Shown here: positions 1 through 8,716 of the stretch, one piece after another
How the letters are laid out: each line of letters begins with the position of its first letter
Position numbering within the stretch: the first letter of the stretch is position 1
From: Thermodesulfobacteriota bacterium
GTDB taxonomy: Bacteria; Desulfobacterota; WTBG01; JAGOGO01
Assembly: GCA_026625185.1 (NCBI GenBank)
Contig: CP113000.1
Coordinates: 735,622-767,621 of the forward strand
Length of the DNA: 32,000 bases
Reading direction: 5' to 3'
The notes under the pieces: generated by a model
What the model was told of the DNA's origin: nothing
Database searches by the model: none
Seen by the model: only the letters and a program-made list of their open reading frames with translations
Translations under genes and position numbers: made by a program

Positions 1-941
1 CTCGTGATTTGGTGTCCTTACCGGCCAATAAAAAGACGCCCGCTATGTTAGCTCTTCGGGCGCAGACGATTGCCATGAACAACAACTTACAGTGCCAGAT
101 CATTACCGAAAAACAGGCCCAGAAGATGGGAATGGGCGCCTTTCTGGCGGTTGCTCAGGGGAGCCGGGAACCAGCGAAGATTATTATTTTAGAATACATT
201 GCCAGCCGAAAATTTGGACCTCCTCTGGTCATCATCGGAAAAGGGATTACCTTTGATAGCGGCGGCATTTCTCTTAAGCCTCCTGACAAAATGGAACAAA
301 TGAAGGACGACATGGCGGGAGGGGCGGTGGTGATGGGAACCATGCAGGCAGCAGCCCAAATGAAACTTCCTTTAAATGTAGTGGGGATTATTCCGGCCAC
401 GGAAAATCTGCCGGGAGGAAAAGCGTATAAACCCGGAGATGTTCTCACCTCTCTGTCGGGTCAGACCATTGAGGTAATCAGCACGGACGCGGAAGGCCGA
501 TTAATCCTGGCTGACGCCTTGACGTATGCCAAAAGGTATAAACCGAAAGCTATTATTGACTTAGCCACGCTGACCGGGGCGTGCATAACCGCTTTAGGAG
601 ATTATGTTGCCGGGATTATGGGAAACGATGATTCCTTGTTGAACTCCGTTAAATCAGCCGGCGAAAAGACCGGCGAAAAAGTATGGGAACTTCCTCTTTG
701 GGAAGAATACTTTGATTACCTCAAAAGTGATATTGCGGATTTTAAGAATGTGGGCACCCGGGCGGCCGGAACTATTACCGGAGGAATGTTTCTGAAAAAA
801 TTTGTGAACGATACCCCATGGGTCCATATGGATATCGCCGGGCCGACCTGGTATGAAAAAGGTAAACCCTATATACCAAAGGGCGCAAGCGGCTTTGGGG
901 TGCGGCTCCTGGTACAGCTTTTAAAGGATTGGAGCAAATAG
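1..941 (+). CDS. pepA: Leucyl aminopeptidase, M17 family (C-terminal catalytic part; N-terminus lies upstream of the window)
   Basis: The frame is open from the window edge. GITFDSGGISLKP, DMAGGA and STDAEGRLILADAL match M17 active-site blocks. Stop TAG at 939-941. Confidence 0.9.
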   Translation, partial: RDLVSLPANKKTPAMLALRAQTIAMNNNLQCQIITEKQAQKMGMGAFLAVAQGSREPAKIIILEYIASRKFGPPLVIIGKGITFDSGGISLKPPDKMEQMKDDMAGGAVVMGTMQAAAQMKLPLNVVGIIPATENLPGGKAYKPGDVLTSLSGQTIEVISTDAEGRLILADALTYAKRYKPKAIIDLATLTGACITALGDYVAGIMGNDDSLLNSVKSAGEKTGEKVWELPLWEEYFDYLKSDIADFKNVGTRAAGTITGGMFLKKFVNDTPWVHMDIAGPTWYEKGKPYIPKGASGFGVRLLVQLLKDWSK

Positions 942-943
942 GA

Positions 944-1804
944 ATGGCCGGTGACCTGATAACGAAATTGGCCCGTATGGAACAAATTAAACGCGCAAAA
1001 CCCGCATACAGAAACTTGCTCGATTTTTATGAAAAAATTTTTATCGCTAAAGAGGAGTTTTATCAGTCGCTTAAAAGTCTCCCCATAGTTTTTGATGAAC
1101 CGGGAGTGCAAACAAGGTTCAAAGCTGGCTTTCCAGTGCTGGATAAAGGCGCTATTGAGTTGGATAGTGGGACGTTAGAAAGATTTTTTCGCACGCTCCT
1201 TCAGATAAGCCTTGAAAAAAATCCCGATACCGCAGGAAAGTTACACGCCTTTATTAAAAAAGGCAACCTGGATGTTGGAAACACCATCAAAGCGATGTGG
1301 GAGGGGAAAATTCCCTCACCAAGGGGGGGGAAAGAAGAACTGGGTGACCCTACGCTTCTCTTTTTTCTTTTGAATGAGTCCCTGAAGCCTTTTTATGAAT
1401 ATTTAGCTGAAAAGTTACAAGCAGTGATTGATGTTACCCTCTGGGAAAAGGGGTATTGCCCGATTTGTGGAGAAACACCTTCCATCGCGGCGATCACTGA
1501 GGGAAAATGGTCACGGCATCTTTTTTGTGTTTACTGTGGCACCGAGTGGCCGTTTCCTTTTCTTATGTGTCCGTTTTGTGGAAACGAAGAGGAAAAGGGA
1601 GTCACGTATCTTTATGTTAAGAATGAAAAACAATACCGACTTGAAGTCTGCCAAGCCTGCCAAAAATATCTCAAAGCAGTGGACATTGAGTGCATTGGCT
1701 CCCCCGTCCCCTTAGAGGTAGAAAACCTCGCTACCCTTCACCTGGATATTCTCGCCCAAAGAGAAGGGTATGGTCGCGGGGCTCATTATCCGCTGCTCAT
1801 CTAA
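944..1804 (+). CDS. fdhE: FdhE-like formate dehydrogenase accessory protein
   Basis: ATG 944 is preceded by GGAG (931-934). The C-terminal half carries four CxxC pairs (CPICG, CVYCG, CPFCG, CQACQ), as in FdhE. The track start 929 (TTG) is less likely. Confidence 0.7.
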   Translation: MAGDLITKLARMEQIKRAKPAYRNLLDFYEKIFIAKEEFYQSLKSLPIVFDEPGVQTRFKAGFPVLDKGAIELDSGTLERFFRTLLQISLEKNPDTAGKLHAFIKKGNLDVGNTIKAMWEGKIPSPRGGKEELGDPTLLFFLLNESLKPFYEYLAEKLQAVIDVTLWEKGYCPICGETPSIAAITEGKWSRHLFCVYCGTEWPFPFLMCPFCGNEEEKGVTYLYVKNEKQYRLEVCQACQKYLKAVDIECIGSPVPLEVENLATLHLDILAQREGYGRGAHYPLLI

Positions 1805-1910
1805 TACCAAGTCGCCTTTATTTGCATATCTTTATTAAACCCTCGTCATTGTCCTCAACGTCGATTCCTCGTCGTCGCCTCGAGCTGCTTTTGAATGCAA
1901 CTTAGTATAA
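1802..1910 (+). repeat. Fold-back intergenic repeat, family B copy 1 (109 bp; lacks a 20-nt internal block)
   Basis: Aligns directly with 23087-23215 and 30217-30345. Termini are TAATACCAAGT ... ACTTAGTATAA. It fills the fdhE/rnz convergent gap. Confidence 0.9.
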
Positions 1911-1919
1911 GGCAAATTT

Positions 1920-2834
1920 TTATTCCTTATGCACGGGTATTTCAATCTCCATCAAATCCTGTCCAATAACGGTCCTGGGAAAAACACTTCGAGCTTCGTA
2001 AAGCAGCTCATCCGTCCGCTGGTAACGAGTACTGATATGGGTAATAACTAAATTTTTGACCTTGGCTTCGCTCGCTATATGGGCTGCCTGAGCGCAGGTA
2101 GAATGGCCTTTTAGGTTCGCTTCCTCCTCCAGGTCATGAGCAAACATACCTTCATGCACTAAAAGGTCCGCTTCATAGGCAAGTTTAATCACTTGGGGAC
2201 AGGGCCGGGTGTCGGTTGCGTAAACAAACTTTCGGCCTTTCCGGGGAGGACTCATAACCATGGAAGGGGTGATAGTGCGTCCATTCGCTAAGGTAATGGT
2301 TTCGCCCCGCTGAAGCTTGCCAAACAAAGGGCCTTCAGGAATGTCTAAGGCCGTTGCTTTTTCCGGGAAAAACCTTCCGGGTCGTGGTTCTTCCGCTAAA
2401 GAAAAGGCAAGGGTATGAGGTTTGTGGTCAACGACAACCGCCTCCATCCCAAAGCCGGAGCCGGAAAAAAATTTTCCTTCAGTGATTTCACGGATGTCAA
2501 GAGCATAAGGGGGATTGAACCCTAAACATTTTCGGATCAGGTTGATATACTCTCTCGTGCCCGGAGGGCCAAAGATGCGAAGGGGTTTTTCCCGCGATTG
2601 GTGCATGATGGTCATGAGGAGACCGGGAAGGCCAGTGACGTGGTCGCCATGCAAGTGGCTCAGAAAAATGGCAAAAAGTTTGCCGGGACTTAGAGAAGCC
2701 CGAACAATCTGTAACTGAGCGCCCTCTCCGCAGTCAAAAAGTAAGATATCACCATCCCGTTGCAATGCTAAAGCAGGAAGACTGCGACGAAGGGTGGGAA
2801 TAGTTCCTCCGGTTCCCAACAAGATTATTTTCAT
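1920..2834 (-). CDS. rnz: Ribonuclease Z (tRNA 3' endonuclease, metallo-beta-lactamase fold)
   Basis: 304 aa with N-terminal MKIILLGTGG, an HLHGDH motif, and the overall length and order of RNase Z blocks. Confidence 0.9.
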   Translation of the reverse strand: MKIILLGTGGTIPTLRRSLPALALQRDGDILLFDCGEGAQLQIVRASLSPGKLFAIFLSHLHGDHVTGLPGLLMTIMHQSREKPLRIFGPPGTREYINLIRKCLGFNPPYALDIREITEGKFFSGSGFGMEAVVVDHKPHTLAFSLAEEPRPGRFFPEKATALDIPEGPLFGKLQRGETITLANGRTITPSMVMSPPRKGRKFVYATDTRPCPQVIKLAYEADLLVHEGMFAHDLEEEANLKGHSTCAQAAHIASEAKVKNLVITHISTRYQRTDELLYEARSVFPRTVIGQDLMEIEIPVHKE

Positions 2835-2938
2835 AGTTAACCTATAAAAAACAAAAATATTCGCGGGGTTCTTGGGTAATTATTCACTCAGGAATTTATT
2901 TATAACAATTGTTATTTCGAAAGAAAAGAAAAAAGCTT

Positions 2939-3126
2939 GCCGGCTTCGTAAAAAGTCCCGCCTTGCGGCGGGGGATAAAGAACTGAAGCGCGCCATCTGC
3001 GGCGTTGCGCTGCATCCTCTGTCATTGCGGCGTACAGGTAAGTACGCCTCATTCCGTCGGATTTGCGCGCCTTACATCTGAAGCTTTTTACTGTGCCGTC
3101 TGATTTTCGACTTTTTACGACTTCAT
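2939..3126 (+). mobile_element. Miniature non-coding element, family A copy 1 (~186 bp core), flanked by direct repeat AAAGCTT
   Basis: About 97% identical (5 substitutions) to the reverse complement of 29494-29679. AAAGCTT occurs at 2932-2938 and 3127-3133. Has a 12-bp subterminal inverted repeat and GC-rich internal hairpins. Confidence 0.85.
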
Positions 3127-3224
3127 AAAGCTTATTTATTTTCCTTGTTTCTAACTCATTAACATATTATAATTTATAAAAAAGGGGGGAGGAAGTTTAA
3201 AATGTTTTGTGCGGGAGTAAGGCC

Positions 3225-3767
3225 ATGAAAAGAAGGATGCTTATTGCACCTTTGGTTGGTTTTTTTTTAGTTTTCTATGTTAACCTCACTGTAATAGGAG
3301 GGGAAGCTATGGAATTAAAAATAAAGAGCAGTGCTTTTCATGAAGGAGACATGATTCCTCCAAAGTATACCTGCGACGGCGCCGATATTTCCCCGCCGTT
3401 GACATGGGAGGGAGTGTCCGCGAATGCCAAAAGCCTTGCCCTGATAAGCGATGATCCTGACGCCCCGATGGGGACGTGGGTTCACTGGGTTATCTACAAT
3501 ATACCTCCCGCAATAAAAGAACTTCCAGAAAATATACCTCCACACAAGAATATCGAAAATGGTGCGCAGCAGGGGACCAATGATTTCCGTGAGATCGGCT
3601 ACGGAGGGCCGTGTCCGCCAGGGGGAATTCACCGTTATTATTTCAAACTCTACGCGCTTGATAAGGTGTTGGACAGCGGACCAGGAATGACCAAGACGCA
3701 ATTGCTGAAGGCGATGGAAGGACACGTTTTGGCTCAAGGGCAATTAATGGGGCGTTATAAAAGATAG
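3225..3767 (+). CDS. YbhB/YbcL-family PEBP (Raf kinase inhibitor-like) protein with signal peptide
   Basis: DDPDAP, WVHWV and GYGGPCPPGGIHRYYFKLYALD blocks. ATG 3225 lies 8 nt after GGGAG. The N-terminus MKRRMLIAPLVGFFLVF is hydrophobic. Confidence 0.85.
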   Translation: MKRRMLIAPLVGFFLVFYVNLTVIGGEAMELKIKSSAFHEGDMIPPKYTCDGADISPPLTWEGVSANAKSLALISDDPDAPMGTWVHWVIYNIPPAIKELPENIPPHKNIENGAQQGTNDFREIGYGGPCPPGGIHRYYFKLYALDKVLDSGPGMTKTQLLKAMEGHVLAQGQLMGRYKR

Positions 3768-3774
3768 AATAAAA

Positions 3775-3815
3775 AGACCGGTCGAATTTAATGCTTAATT
3801 CGACCGGTCTTTTTT
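3775..3815 (+). terminator. Rho-independent terminator of the PEBP gene
   Basis: Perfect 14-bp stem AGACCGGTCGAATT (3775-3788) / AATTCGACCGGTCT (3797-3810), 8-nt loop, then a T-run. Confidence 0.85.
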
Positions 3816-3855
3816 CTAACAACCTAAGATTCTTTCTTTTTTATTTTTGTGATAT

Positions 3856-3887
3856 AAAAAAAATCTCCTCTTTAGTAAAGGGGATTT
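3856..3887 (-). terminator. Candidate minus-strand intrinsic terminator with no annotated gene upstream
   Basis: Stem 3861-3868 / 3880-3887 (8 bp, one G-U). On the minus strand it is followed by a run of T (complement of the A-run 3856-3860). Confidence 0.35.
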
Positions 3888-4120
3888 AGAGGGGTTTGTA
3901 AAATTATAGTTTTGAGGAGTTAATTTCACACTTCGACTTTTTACTTACCTTGGTGAAAGGATTTTTAAAATTCATTTCCTCTCCCCGGCGGGGAGAGGTT
4001 GAGGTGAGGGGGTTTTATGTCGTCAAATTTATGCTTTGATTAATAACACTCCTTGAGTTGGCAAGCATTATTAAAAGTGTAATTTATTTAAGATCTTGGG
4101 GGTCAATGATTTTGCAAAAC

Positions 4121-4161
4121 AAGGCCAGATTGCCGGATGAAAAGGTAAATGGCCTTTTTTT
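4121..4161 (+). terminator. Candidate terminator-like hairpin plus T7 run in an ORF-free region
   Basis: AAGGCCA (4121-4127) pairs with TGGCCTT (4150-4156), followed by TTTTTTT. The loop is large (22 nt), so this is weak. Confidence 0.3.
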
Positions 4162-4287
4162 CTTTTAGAAAGGGTTGATAAATCTGGAGTCCGTTTGATA
4201 GGTTTTGAAATAACTTTATATAGAAGGTAACAGTTTGTATTTTAAGATTTATAAGGACGTTATAATAATTGCCATTCATTGAATATT

Positions 4288-4956
4288 ATGGGCAAGACTG
4301 ATAATTGGAAATTTGGTGGCCGTGTCACTTCTGAGCGCAGTGATCGGTTGATGCTTATTCGTGATTTCGATGAAGTGATTTTTGCAATTCTGAAAGAGAT
4401 GGTAGTTGCTGGGTACAGGGTCGAGCCGGGAAATAAATCGATACTGCAAGAATGCCGACGCGCGGAACTAAAAATTGTAGTTTCCTGCGAGACTTGCGAC
4501 GCCTTCTTTAACAGTCCGGCTGGCTACCGAGCCCAATATTACATTGCCCCAACTCTAGGGATCTCCGAAAACACTAGTCTGATACCGTCGCTATTACCGA
4601 AATTGCTTGATTACGCGAAAACTTACCCTGATCAAAATATGACACTTGAAGAAGTCAAAAAGTCACTCTTATTGACTCAAGCGAAAATTTGGGTACAAGA
4701 AACGAACGAGGATAACCTTTTCGGCGAGAAACTTACTGTCGATCTCATTGTGGATCGATGGGTGAATCATGCAAAGACCGCTTGGAACGGAAATGGTTTT
4801 AATGACCAAAGATACAAGGCGATAAGGGGTGTTCTGGCTCCTGTTGAAACCGTTTTAGAGATAAAGGGTGGTTGGCTCACAAAAGATGGAGAAGAACGTA
4901 TCGATCCCGAGGAGATCAGACGTGCTGATGAGATTTCGGAATACGGCTTTTCATGA
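4288..4956 (+). CDS. Hypothetical protein (222 aa), no domain recognised
   Basis: Long ORF with ordinary composition. ATG 4288 is preferred over TTG 4279. I recognise no motif. Confidence 0.55.
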   Translation: MGKTDNWKFGGRVTSERSDRLMLIRDFDEVIFAILKEMVVAGYRVEPGNKSILQECRRAELKIVVSCETCDAFFNSPAGYRAQYYIAPTLGISENTSLIPSLLPKLLDYAKTYPDQNMTLEEVKKSLLLTQAKIWVQETNEDNLFGEKLTVDLIVDRWVNHAKTAWNGNGFNDQRYKAIRGVLAPVETVLEIKGGWLTKDGEERIDPEEIRRADEISEYGFS

Positions 4957-5039
4957 ATACATATTTTGTTTCTGCTCTATGCTCATATTGTTCCCCGGTT
5001 TTTCTTGACATACAAGGACGGACTTCCTAAAGTTAAGGC

Positions 5040-6608
5040 ATGAATAAAAAATGTCTTATCCAACCGGCAAAGAGAATCAAACCATTTCTTAAAGTTTGCT
5101 TGCTTCTGCTGTTTGCCGCCACATTCCTTTCGGGTACGACTCAACGCGAGATCAGAATCCTTTACATGAATGACTTTCATGGGTTTGCAGCCGCCTATAA
5201 GCCATACGGGTCTGATGAGGCCCAGGGAGGTCTTGCCTACCTCGCTCAACGGGCAGAAGATCTTCGTGCTGAAAAACCAACATTGTTTCTCGCTGCCGGG
5301 GATATGATCCAGGGCAATAATTGGGCGAATTTTTTTAAAGGCCAGTCATCCATTGAGGCCATGAATGCAATGAATTTTGACGCCATGGTGGTGGGAAACC
5401 ACGAGTTCGATTTCGGACAGACAGTCCTCAAGGAGAGAATAGGGGAAGCAAGATTTCCTGTCCTCGGGGCAAATGTTGTAGGACTAAGCACTCTTAAGCC
5501 ATATATTATAAAAGATATTGGCGGGCTTTCTATAGCAGTTATAGGAGTTGTGACCGGTGATACGCCGATTACAACACTTCCTAAAAATGTTGCGGGTTTG
5601 CAATTCCTCTCGCCTGAGGATACGGTTGAGAAATATGTGCGGGAGCTCAGGGGAAAAAGTAATATCATTATCGTTCTTTCTCACATAGGATTCAGCGCAG
5701 ACACCAATCTGGCAAAGAAAGTTGACGGCATTGAAGTCATCATCGGCGGTCACTCGCATACGAAGGTTGATAAGCCCGTGCTTGTTGGCAAGACATACAT
5801 AGCGCAGGCTTTTGAGCACGGCAAAGTCCTTGGTGTTCTGGATCTCACCGTGGAAAATGGCAACATTGTTCGCGCCAGTGGTCGACTGGAGCCTATAAAA
5901 CCAACCGGAAACGAAAACAAAGCAATAGGAGCGATTGTTGCGAAATATCAGCAGAGTGTTGATTCAGTCATGAATGATACAATAGGTGAATCGCTGGCCG
6001 ACCTTGACGGAGCAAATGTAAGATCGCAGGAGACAAATCTTGGAAACCTTATCGCCGATGTTATGCGTCAGACATCGGGGGCTGATGCGGCAATCATTAA
6101 CGGGGGCACTATTCGTACCAGTATAAAGCAGGGTCCGATCAGGGTGAGTGATGTCTTTGCGGTTCTCCCTTTTGATAATTATATCGTGGCCATTAAACTT
6201 ACCGGGCAACAGATTCGTGACACTCTTGAGCATGGGGTCTCGGGTATCGAAGAAAGAGAGGGCAAATTTCCCCAGGTCTCCGGCCTGGTATTTACCTATG
6301 ACCGATTTGCCCCAAAGGGTTCGAGGGTGAAAGAGGTTTTTGTTTGTGGAGGCCCGCTTGTGGCTGACAGAGAGTATACGGTTGCGACAAATGATTTTCT
6401 GGCAGCCGGCGGTGATGGTTATAAGGCATTTGGTGATGCGGTGAAGTCGTCAAAGGATTATGCGGTTATCGGCGGAGCCATGAAAAATGATAAGCTTGTA
6501 TACAGCGACTCCGGAAGATGGTTGCGGGATGTGGTCATCGACTTCATTAAGGCTCAGAAAAAGGTTTCTCCAAGGGTTGAAGGACGGATTAAGGAAGTGG
6601 AGCGATAA
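5040..6608 (+). CDS. Secreted bifunctional metallophosphatase / 5'-nucleotidase (UshA family)
   Basis: Signal peptide, then calcineurin-like blocks (MNDFHG, GDMIQGN, GNHEFDFG, GGHSH) and a C-terminal 5'-nucleotidase domain (NGGTIR, NDFLAAGGDGY). Confidence 0.85.
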   Translation: MNKKCLIQPAKRIKPFLKVCLLLLFAATFLSGTTQREIRILYMNDFHGFAAAYKPYGSDEAQGGLAYLAQRAEDLRAEKPTLFLAAGDMIQGNNWANFFKGQSSIEAMNAMNFDAMVVGNHEFDFGQTVLKERIGEARFPVLGANVVGLSTLKPYIIKDIGGLSIAVIGVVTGDTPITTLPKNVAGLQFLSPEDTVEKYVRELRGKSNIIIVLSHIGFSADTNLAKKVDGIEVIIGGHSHTKVDKPVLVGKTYIAQAFEHGKVLGVLDLTVENGNIVRASGRLEPIKPTGNENKAIGAIVAKYQQSVDSVMNDTIGESLADLDGANVRSQETNLGNLIADVMRQTSGADAAIINGGTIRTSIKQGPIRVSDVFAVLPFDNYIVAIKLTGQQIRDTLEHGVSGIEEREGKFPQVSGLVFTYDRFAPKGSRVKEVFVCGGPLVADREYTVATNDFLAAGGDGYKAFGDAVKSSKDYAVIGGAMKNDKLVYSDSGRWLRDVVIDFIKAQKKVSPRVEGRIKEVER

Positions 6609-6725
6609 TGACCCTGAATCGGATACCATTTTTCGAGACATGCGGACAGACCTGGTAACACCATGTCAATGCTATCAATGGATGGATTCTGCATGGCATG
6701 GTAAGCGTGCCATAAAGGATTTAAT

Positions 6726-6908
6726 ATGAAAGTATATGTGAATGATCGGGAAGTTGATTTGATGCCGGGAATGACGGTAAAGCATGCGCTCATCGCTGCC
6801 GAGTTGATTGATCTGATTAAACAGGGAAAGAAGGTCTATGACGATATGGGAAATGAGATCGGTCTGGGAGGAGCGCTGACGGAAGGGACAAAAATTCATG
6901 TCGAATGA
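6726..6908 (+). CDS. Small hypothetical protein (60 aa), possibly a ThiS/MoaD-like beta-grasp without a C-terminal GG
   Basis: ATG follows AAAGGA. Weak resemblance to ThiS (MKVYVNDREV...). Short, so uncertain. Confidence 0.35.
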   Translation: MKVYVNDREVDLMPGMTVKHALIAAELIDLIKQGKKVYDDMGNEIGLGGALTEGTKIHVE

Positions 6909-6990
6909 AAGTTTCGGGCTGCACCTTGCGGGATAAGAAATACTACATGAGTTTTATCTTTCATTTGTTCGGATTTTTTGGCGATCGGAG

Positions 6991-8481
6991 TTAATGTTTT
7001 TTCGATTTTGGCGCGGTTTTTCCCGCTTGCCGTTTCTCTTGCGACTGCGCTTTTTTTACGTTTGTCTTTATTTTGTGAGAGGATTTAACGCGGCTTTTCT
7101 TGCTTACTGTTTCCGTGACCGCCGAGCTTTTTCTGAGTTTGTCTTTGTTCTGGAAGAAATTTTTGGCAAAAATTTCTTCTTTCGATTCCGGTATTTTAAT
7201 CCAATACCCTTTTTTATCCGGTGGAGTTCGGGTGGAACAGAGTTCGGGATTGTACCGTTTCAGTTCGGGAAGAGAAATTCCAGCCATAACAGCAAGCATT
7301 TTTAAATCAGCCGAAAAAGGGATATGAACTTTGGTTAAGGGAGGAGTCGGCGCAGTAGAGTCGCATTCAGCAAAGCCATAATACCCGGGCTTTTTCCCAA
7401 TCGTGATGGCAGCTAAAAGTTTGGGGACAAAATCGCAGCTCTCCTGTTTAAGATATGTTTTTTCACGAATATACCACAGATCAGTGCTGTTATATCTTTG
7501 GATGGCTTCAGCAACTTTCCCTTCTCCAGCATTATAGGCGGTTAAAGCCAAATACCAATCTCCAAACATCGCGTATAAGTTTTTTAAATATTTTACTGCT
7601 GCCTGAGTTGATTTTTCCGGGTCTCTTCTTTCGTCTACCCATTTGTCTACCCGGAGACCATAGTGCAGCGCGGTACCCTTCATCAGTTGCCATGGTCCAC
7701 AAGCGCCCGCAGGGGAATACGCATGAGGGTTAAAACCGCTTTCGATTAAAGAAAGGTAGACTAAATCTTCAGGAATTTCATTTTTTCTAAAAATGGAGGT
7801 CATCAAAGGACGGTACGTTTCTGCCCGGCCTAAGGCTGCTTTCATAAAATTATCTTTGCTTTGAAAATACTGGATAAAAGTTGCAACCGGGGAGTTATAA
7901 ATAAGAGGAAAATCACCCTGAATCACTCCTTTATTATAGAGATTTCTCAGAATACAAGCGTATCGATAGCCGTCTAACGAATATTCGTGGGTAAGAAAAT
8001 TTTGGTATTTAAAACCTTGTGGGCGAATTAATTGCTTAATATGAATAAAATTCCAGGTTGTAAAAATTGGGGTAGCGCTTTTATTATTATTTGGGGGATT
8101 AAGGGAAGGGGAAAAATTTTTTATCGGGTTATAGTTAAAAACGTATAACTCAGTCAGGTAGTCCCCATTGTAATTACCAATGCTACGGAGGATGCCTACA
8201 TAGTAACTATTTTCCATTGGGTTGTTTATTTTTTGGATATTAACGTGCTGAAAACCAATGGGATTTGTTAACTGTTCTATTGGGTGCAAGGTCATTGTTG
8301 GAGTAGGCCCGGTACTTTCAAGGGTTTCTGATGCTCCTGGGGAGAAGTTGGGGTTATAGGATGAAACCGGCTGTTGAGAAATGACAGCACAACCCATAAA
8401 AAACCCAAAAAAGCAAAAAAATATGCTGCGTAAAATTATCTTTAACACTTTATTTCTCAATTTTATTTCCGGAAATTCCAT
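6991..8481 (-). CDS. Lipoprotein lytic transglycosylase, MltD-like (SLT domain plus LysM), with novel N-terminal repeats and a Lys-rich tail
   Basis: Lipobox-like FFMGC. SLT blocks LSLIESGFNPHAYSPAGACGPWQLM and AYNAGEG. LysM-like LKMLAVMAGISLPELKRYNPEL. Confidence 0.85.
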   Translation of the reverse strand: MEFPEIKLRNKVLKIILRSIFFCFFGFFMGCAVISQQPVSSYNPNFSPGASETLESTGPTPTMTLHPIEQLTNPIGFQHVNIQKINNPMENSYYVGILRSIGNYNGDYLTELYVFNYNPIKNFSPSLNPPNNNKSATPIFTTWNFIHIKQLIRPQGFKYQNFLTHEYSLDGYRYACILRNLYNKGVIQGDFPLIYNSPVATFIQYFQSKDNFMKAALGRAETYRPLMTSIFRKNEIPEDLVYLSLIESGFNPHAYSPAGACGPWQLMKGTALHYGLRVDKWVDERRDPEKSTQAAVKYLKNLYAMFGDWYLALTAYNAGEGKVAEAIQRYNSTDLWYIREKTYLKQESCDFVPKLLAAITIGKKPGYYGFAECDSTAPTPPLTKVHIPFSADLKMLAVMAGISLPELKRYNPELCSTRTPPDKKGYWIKIPESKEEIFAKNFFQNKDKLRKSSAVTETVSKKSRVKSSHKIKTNVKKAQSQEKRQAGKTAPKSKKH

Positions 8482-8716
8482 AATCTGACCAAAAAATTTT
8501 TAAGTCTTAAATTATTTTCAATGCTAAATGTCTTTGGGTTATTAAGACAAAGGACAGAAAAAAAGTTCAAAAATTATGTGTTTTTTAAGAGGGACCAAAG
8601 AAGCTTTACACCATACCAGAACCCCTTTTAAACTGTCAACCTGTTTTAAAAAAAATAAATTTTTTGGTGTAATTCTAACAAGATAAAACAAAAAGATAAA
8701 AATTTTCTTTTTTTTC

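Noticed and set aside
1690-1905. 71-aa ORF running from the fdhE 3' end through repeat copy 1
   Set aside because: It overlaps fdhE out of frame and reads through a non-coding repeat. Its low-complexity Pro/Arg/Ser sequence looks like a shadow ORF.
2872-3081. 69-aa ORF overlapping the 186-bp element copy 1
   Set aside because: It starts outside the repeat, has no counterpart of 60 aa or more in copy 2, and has an odd Arg/Lys-rich composition with no RBS. It is best explained as a chance ORF across a GC-rich non-coding element.
3941-3953. 13-nt match (TTCGACTTTTTAC) to the right end of the 186-bp element
   Set aside because: It is too short and AT-rich to distinguish a decayed element end from chance. 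Mentioned only as context for the 3816-4287 spacer.
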